DNA of 64,000 nucleotides from the human T2T-CHM13v2.0 reference genome, Homo sapiens: NCBI RefSeq assembly GCF_009914755.1, contig NC_060940.1; one strand, 5' to 3'. Made by a program: the position numbers and the translations under genes. Shown piece after piece: positions 56,445-64,000 of the stretch (its first letter is position 1; each line of letters opens with the position of its first letter). The notes beneath the pieces were generated by a model. That model was not told the origin of the DNA, did no database searches, and saw nothing but the letters and a program-made list of their open reading frames with translations.

Positions 56445-57224
56445 CTAGAATATACTTCCCAACTTCTAAGTACTTCATTTAACTAGTTTTAGGGAATGTT
56501 TATTTAACTAAGGTGATGCCTGAATGCCAACAATGGCATCCATACATCTATGAAAGACCTTTTACTAGTAACCTTTTAAATCACTTCTCTGTTGATAATC
56601 ACCACCCTCTTGTGAGTAATTACTAGGTCCTAAAGCATTGTCCATGGATTTTCATATTTAAGCCTCATTAACAACACTAGGAGGTAGGTGGCATTAATTC
56701 TGTTTTATTAATAAGTTCAACAAAAACTTAAAGAGTGCAAGTCATACTCATCAGCAAGGATGCCTAGCTCACAAGTGGATGCATGGGGATTTGAACCAGG
56801 GTCTGAAAACTTGGAGGCCTAGGTTTCTATGAGGGCACTCTTCTGCCTCCCTTAGTGGTGGATGGCCTGGCACCTGGTCCTCACCACGAAATGCCTGAAA
56901 TGAAGACCACAGGCAGTGGGCACTTGGCTGACAAGTAGCAACTTGTGCAAAGTTGTGATATGTCATCTTATCCTTTCAGTTTTCTCCTGTTGCCTTTCAA
57001 CCACAGCAATGTGGCCAAAACTTACGAAGCAGGAGTTTTATGACATAAAAGACATAATGGAGTCCCTGTCTTGACCTGGGGAGGCAGGTTAGCTTACAGG
57101 GAAAGATACATAATCTTTATAAGAGAATATTTTCATGTGTGCGGATAGTAAATATACAACTGTGTAATTATATATATGCATATGCGTTTGAATTGTATTC
57201 TAATATATACAAGAATATATATAA

Positions 57225-57681
<457 letters not shown>

Positions 57682-59887
57682 TGAATTGTATTCTCATATA
57701 TTAAATACATGTTATTTCAGAAATGGAAGGCAAAATAAGGATATTAGCATTTCCTGAGGTACGTAAAATGTTGGGTGCTTTGCACGTCTGACCTCATTTA
57801 TTTTACAACCTACCTACAAGATATGCATTATTTTCATCATTCCACCAATGGGGAGTATACGGGAGATGCTGTAACTGGTATAAATGCACAGAATTTATAC
57901 ACTGCAGAACCAGCATTTGAGTTCATGGCTGTATTTACCCAAACCTACCCTTTTTCAGTGCTTTTTTCTGTCTGTTGGGCAGGGAGAGACATTAGAATGA
58001 GCTGGAGGTATCACAGATGGATAAGGTACAATTGAGAGTTTGTAGAGGTTTCTCCAGTCACTTTATATAATAAAAAGCAACCAGCTATCTCAAGTCCCAG
58101 ACCTCCCAGCCCTATATTCTCTGCTTTATTTTCCTCCTTAGCTCTTATCCTTATCTGGAATGTTGTGTATTAACTTGTTTCCTCCATCTAGTTTATAAAT
58201 GCTATTTAGGCAGGGGGGTTGTTTCTTTTGTTGCTAGGACCATTGTACCTAAAGTAGTACTTGACCCATCATAGATAAACTATCCGTATTTGTTGAAATA
58301 ATGATGCCACCTATAATCAAACAAATTCAGGACAAATGACCAAAATTTAGTGTTTATGTTGAACAATTATGACCATCAATGATCAATCATGAATGTGGAT
58401 TACAATGGAATTTTACTTTGAAAATTTTCTAAACACTAGTTTTTGTTTTGTTTTTGTAGCCCAGGGAACAAAGGAGGGCACTGAGAGCTGTGAGTGGAGA
58501 TAGCAAAACAAAAAAACAAACAAACAAAATCGTCTATTTATCCTGTCCTTGCTTTGGGTTACCATGCGAAGTCATTCATTACTTTTAGAAATAATTCATA
58601 CATTGCTCAAAAAGGATATCCTGCGTGTTTGATACAAAGGGCATTTATCATATTGAAGCAGCTAAAACTTTTCAATCCCATCCATTAACTCACGAAGCTG
58701 CAAGTTACTGCGACGCTGCCTTGCCCATCTATTTAGTATTTCCAGGCAATCATGGTACAGTACAAAGCAATTTGTTTTTATATAATTTCCTTCATGCTCG
58801 CAAACACAACATGCATCACAGGGAAAGCCAATCATGAACTAAAGAGAAAAAGGGATGATTTAAAGCGGGAGAGTGGTTCATTTGCTTTGGGGCATGAGAA
58901 ACAATTATTTCAAGAGGCCAGGGTTTCTGTGGGAAGTCAGGTGAATAAGAATGCTAGTGCTGGCCGGCTGCTTTCTCGGAGAAACTGCTTTGCCTAAGTA
59001 ACTTCTTCTTTTGAGAGGATTTCTTACTGAGCCATAAATGCTTCTAATGTGAGGAAGGCTAAATCCGCCTCCTATAAACCTGGGAGCCATAGTTCCATTT
59101 CTCCCCATCTTTCCCAAAGATCATCTCCTCTACCATTGAAGGACAATGGGAAATGCTGCCGCTTTTATCATACGTCCTCCATCTGAAATGCACTTGGATT
59201 TCAGCCACGTTTGAGAACCTAATCTTCCAATAAACTCCTTTAGCTCTATGAGAGATTTCCATTAATTTATTTATTTCTGTGCTTGTTTGTTTTTTGGGAT
59301 GGGTATTAGCTCATTTGCCATCCTAGATACCTATTTTTTAACTTCCTTGGTGTTTTACTGACAAATATAACTTGTCATTTATTTGATTTCTGTAATAAGC
59401 TGCAAAGTACTTATGGTCCCTTTTAAGTGTAGGGCATGGTGCTGGGTTTAGGCATGGGGATGGTCTCAGGAGACTTTGCTGGACCTAGAGAGCCAGGTAG
59501 GATGGGTCCTTAAGCCCAAATGCATTGCTTGTGGGGGATTCAAAGACTTATCTAAGATTCCTTTGAATTCAAAGGGGGCTTGTATCTAAGGACCCTCGAT
59601 GTCCCTAGCCCTTTGTTCCCTGTAGTGTCACTTGGTTATTTCGGCCACAAAGTCTTTGCTACACTGGTTTCCATAAAATTCATGCAAGCGAACGGTGAGT
59701 TTAATCCACGTTGAGGAAGATCTGAAGGACATTGGAGTGCCCCTGTCTCTTAAGGCACAGTCCACATGACACGTTCCTGGGCTCTGGTGTTCTTCCTGCT
59801 TTTCCTGCCTTCAGTGAAGAACTTGTTCATGTCTTCTTTTCTTCCCACCTTTAGTCTCCTTTTCTAGAAGCATAAACACATAAACAG

Positions 59888-60200
59888 TTCACGCCTGTAG
59901 TCCCAGTACTTTGGGACGCCAAGGCCGGTGGATCACCTGAGGTCAGGAGTTGAAGACCAGCCTCACCAATATGGTGAGACCCCGTCTCTACCAAAAATAC
60001 AAAAATTAGCCAGGCCTGGTGGCATGCGTCTGTAGTCCCAGCTACTGGGGAGGCTGAGGTGGGAGGATCGCTTGAACTCAGGAGGTGGATGTTGGAGTGA
60101 GCCGAGATCATGCTAGTGCACCCCAGCCTGGGTGACAGAGCGAGACACTGGGTCAACACACAGACACACACACACACACACATAGATATATATAAAAAAA
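59888..60200 (+). mobile_element. Alu (S/J) with (CA)n tail
   Basis: Dimer followed by a (CA) run. Confidence 0.9.
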
Positions 60201-61070
60201 ATAGCAACAGTTTTCCGAAACATGTTTCAGAGAGCTTTTGGCTTCTGTTGCTCTCTGTCCATCACCAGTCTCCAGCAGGACCCGCCTGCTCTCCACCCTA
60301 TCTTCGTTTCTTTGTCTGACCACTCATCACCTCTCCGCTTCCACTCTGAGTCTGCACCAGTCTCTTCTCCACACAGCAGCGAAACCAGTGTTCCAAAACG
60401 CTGTCTTGATCAGGTTGATGTCCCTGACTGATAGCTTCAGAGGCTCAAGGTCAAACATCTTTCCCAAGATCAGGACCAAACTCCTTCCTATGATCTCGCA
60501 GGCCCCTGCCCTCTTCCTCTGGCTCATTCCCCTTCTGTTTCCTCTTCCTGACTGTATACTAGCTGCAAGAGTCTTTCATTCCCTTGAAAGTATTTTGCTT
60601 CCTTCCATCACAGAGTTTTTGCACAGGCCGTTCCTGTACCTGGAACATTTCTCCTCCCTCGGTCTCACTAATCTCTGAAACCACTTGTGTCTGTAGTCTG
60701 GTGATGCATCTTCAGTGTTTAACAAAAATTCATGGCACTTACTAATAGAAGATGCTCATTAACTACTGAAGGAATCAGTGAATGAATGATCAATAAATGA
60801 ATAAATAAACTGGGAGTCCTGAGGTTACCGTCATCTTGATATACCAGTGTTCACATAAGGAGACCCAAGTGCTCTGCAGATATTTGTCCTAAAAAGCCAT
60901 AGGTAGTTGCAGGTTATTACAGGTTTTCTTCCTCTGACAGCCCAGAGGACATAGGAGCCTGACTTCCCAGTAGCAAAGAACACACTTAGCATCCTCATCT
61001 TGGTTTCTAAGACCATTCTCCAATAACCCCTTCAAGGTATTGCTGATTACAGATATATATTCTGTATTCT

Positions 61071-61763
61071 TTTTTTATTATTAGTATACTTTAAGTTCTG
61101 GGGTACATGTGCAGAACGTGCAGTCTTGTTACATAGGTATACGTGTGCCATGGTGGTTTGCTGCACTCATCAACCCATCACCTACATTAGATATTTCTCC
61201 TAATGTTATCACTCCCCCAGCCCCCCAGCCCCTAACAGGCCCCAATGTGTGATGTTCCCCTCCCTATATCCATGTGTTCTCGTTGTTCAACTCCCACTTA
61301 TGAGTGAGAACATGCGGTGTTTGGCTTTCTGTTGTTGTGATAGTTTGCTGAGAATGGTGGTTTCCAGCTTCACGCATGTCCCTGCAAAGGACATGAACTC
61401 ATCCTTTTTTATGGCTGCATAGTATTCCATGGTGTATGTGTGCCACATTTTCTTCATCCAGTCTATTATTGAGGGACATTTGGGTTGGTTCCAAGTCTTT
61501 GCTATTGTGAATAGTGACACAATAAACATACATGTGCATATGCCTTTATAGTAGAATGATTTATAATCCTTTGAGTATATACCCAATAATGGGATTGCTG
61601 GGTCAAATGGTATTTCTAGTTCTAGATACTTGAGGAATCACCACACTGTCTTCCACAATGGCTGAACTAATTTACACTCCCACCAACAGTGTAAAAGAGT
61701 TCCTATTTCTCCACATCCTCTCCAGCTTCTTTTGTTTCCTGACTTTTTAATGTTCGCCCTTCG
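61071..61763 (-). mobile_element. 5'-truncated L1PA (PA7/8-like) with ORF2 C-terminal remnant
   Basis: ORF 61287-61586 reads ..TIAKTWNQPKCPS..MEYYAAIKKDEFMSFAGT..HRMFSLISGS; TSD tattct(g/a)tattct. Confidence 0.93.
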
Positions 61764-61789
61764 TATTCTATATTCTTTCAACTAGAAGT

Positions 61790-62875
61790 TGGTATATACA
61801 AAATGATCAGGAGCAACTTCTATTTCCAAAAACTAATGGAGTTTTCACAAAACAAAATGGGTGTAGGTCAAGAAAACACATGGGCCAAACTTAAAGAACT
61901 CCTAATGGGCAAAGCTGAAGCAATTTAAACAGCAGAAGAAAGTAGCATTAGATTATGACCCAAAGTATTAAAATAAATATTCATGAGTCAATAGTGATAG
62001 AAATAAATGCATGGATAAATTAATACATGGAAGTAGAGAAACAAATCTCCTGTGCAGAAAAATCCCAGATAATGTATGCACAGCCTTCATCCTTGAAGAG
62101 GTAGAGCATGATTCTCCATCTTTAAGCACTGCTTTTACATGGTGGCTTTCTTCCAGAGAGTACAGCATGGAGAAGGGAAGGAAAGGGAGCAATGTTGCAG
62201 GGGCAAAAACCTGCCAAAAACATCCTCAGCCAACAGATCAGGGTCACGTCAGCCAGCATGTCACATTAATTGTTGGTACCCTTGATCACTTAACCCCAGG
62301 AGATTGAGGCTGCCGTGAGCTATGATTGTACCACAGCCCTCCAGCCTGGGCAACAGAGCGAGAACTTGTCTTAAAAAACTATTAATATATTGGGAGAAAA
62401 ATGCTATTTTCCCTCTGTGGTTTTCCTCCCCATACCTATAATTCCAGTCTGATTATGAGGAAATAAACATCAGATCAATTCAAAATTGGGGGACATTCTG
62501 TAAAGTACCTGAGCAGTACATCTTACAACCGTCAAGGTCTTCAAAAATAAAGAAAAACTGTGAAATAGCTGCAGCCAAGAGAAGCGTAGGGAGACATAGC
62601 AAGTAAAGATACCATTACCGTGGTATCCTGGATGGAATCCTGGAACAGGAAAAGGACATTAGGCGAAAAACAAGGGAATCATTCCAAGTGCAGACTTTAG
62701 TTAATAATAAGGTGTCAATATCGGTTTATTAATCTGACAAATGTCCCCTTCCAATCAAAGATGTTAATACTAGGGAAAGTGAGTGTGGATATGTGGGAAC
62801 TCTCTGTACTCTCTCTGCAATTTTTTCTGTAAATCCAAAAGCGTTCTAAAAATGAAATAAGTCTATGAAAGGAAA
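61790..62875 (+). mobile_element. Old L1M (MC/MD-like) 3' region interrupted by an Alu monomer
   Basis: ggtatcctggatggaatcctggaacaggaaaaggacattag..gggaactctctgtact..ttttctgtaaatc. Confidence 0.75.
62283..62378 (+). mobile_element. Alu right-arm fragment (J/FRAM)
   Basis: gaggctgccgtgagctatgattg..gcaacagagcgaga. Confidence 0.8.
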
Positions 62876-63485
62876 CTAAAAGCCACAGGCAATCACTCCT
62901 CCAGCAGCCCGGTAATGGATTCCCCCTTCCCCGTGCCCTGGGCCAAGACTGAACTGTGATTCTGCTGTCCTGCACCCGGGGACCTCTATTTGGAGCAGTA
63001 TTTGGCCAAGGGAAGCAGCGCTCACTCTCCCCAGTCCCTCCCCTCCTGCCCTGCTTGCGGATTTTATTTTAGTTTGCTTCCAATGGCACTCAGCTGCTGC
63101 TACAGGCAAATATCTGGCTGCTTTGCACGCTATTGTACAACACACTGGGGGAAAATGAGCCTTCGTGCTAGAGTCTGGGTCCCTGAGCAAATAAACAGAG
63201 AAGAAAAATGGTGCATGTGGGGGTGGTGAGGTTGAGGGAGAGACTGGGGAGCCAGGTGATTGAGAAGTTAGTGGCTAATTCAGCTCAGAGTTTGGGCAGA
63301 AATCCTATGCTTCTCCCCATTCAATTTTCCTTATTCCCCGGACTCCTCAGAAACACCCAGCTTATTGGTGGGGGTAAAGAGGGTATTGTTTTCCTGGGGG
63401 TTTCTGTTCCAAGGATAAGGGAGTTGGAAAGAGCTGTTGAGGGTGTCTAGCCTTTTTTACTAGGTGGAGGTCGTCTGCACAAGCG

Positions 63486-63580
63486 CTCTCTCTCTTGCTT
63501 GCTCTCTCTCTCTCTCGCTGTCTCGCTCCCTCTTGCTCCCGCTTGTGCTCTCTCTCTCTCTGTCTTGCTTCCTGCTTTCT
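63486..63580. repeat. Degenerate (CT)n tract
   Basis: Directly visible. Confidence 0.85.
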
Positions 63581-63596
63581 GAGTTCTCTACTGAGA

Positions 63597-63917
63597 GCTG
63601 GACACAGATGCAGTGGCTCATGCCTGTAATCCCAGCACTTTGGGAGTCCTAGGCGGGTGGATCACTTGAGGTCAGGAGTTCAAGACCAGCCTGGCGAACA
63701 TCGTGAAACACCCTGTCTCTACTAAAATTACAAAAATTAGCCGGGCGTGGTGGTGGGTGCCTGCAGTCCCAACTACTTGGGAGGCTGAGGTAGGAGAATT
63801 GCTTGAACCCTGGAGGTGGAGGTTTCAGTGAGCTTGAGCTGAGATCGTGCCACTTCACTCCAGCCTGGGCAACAGAGCAAGACTCCATCTCAAAAAAGAA
63901 AAAAAAAAAAAAAGAAA
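63597..63917 (+). mobile_element. AluS
   Basis: Dimer with poly-A tail. Confidence 0.93.
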
Positions 63918-64000
63918 TTAATGGGGCCAGAGACCTTTGGAAATTTCAATGGTTGTGTCAAAGCAACCTGAAGTTTCGGCTTCATCAACTTCCAGAACCC

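Noticed and set aside
61287-61586. ORF with clear protein homology
   Set aside because: It is the C-terminal remnant of L1 ORF2 in a 5'-truncated L1PA, not a gene.

Overview
Human/primate genomic DNA with no intact protein-coding gene. It is dominated by about 27 Alus, L1/L2/MIR fragments, ERV1/MaLR solo LTRs and simple repeats. One well-defined 63-nt exon at 22952-23014 (+) matches, from recall, the short second 5' exon of RBFOX1 (A2BP1, 16p13.3), so the window probably spans the end of one giant RBFOX1 intron and the start of the next. The ORF track is almost entirely repeat-derived or chance ORFs. The most unusual signal is a set of four local, non-repeat-family duplications of different ages: a 247-bp ungapped copy inserted into an L1PB 3' end, an older ~290-bp copy, a ~150-bp inverted copy inserted into an L2, and a ~90-bp duplication bracketing an Alu. 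Together they suggest recurrent template-switching or templated repair at this locus. Repeat subfamily names, the gene identity and the identity percentages come from recall and hand alignment, not database searches. I found no convincing evidence of a new biological system.
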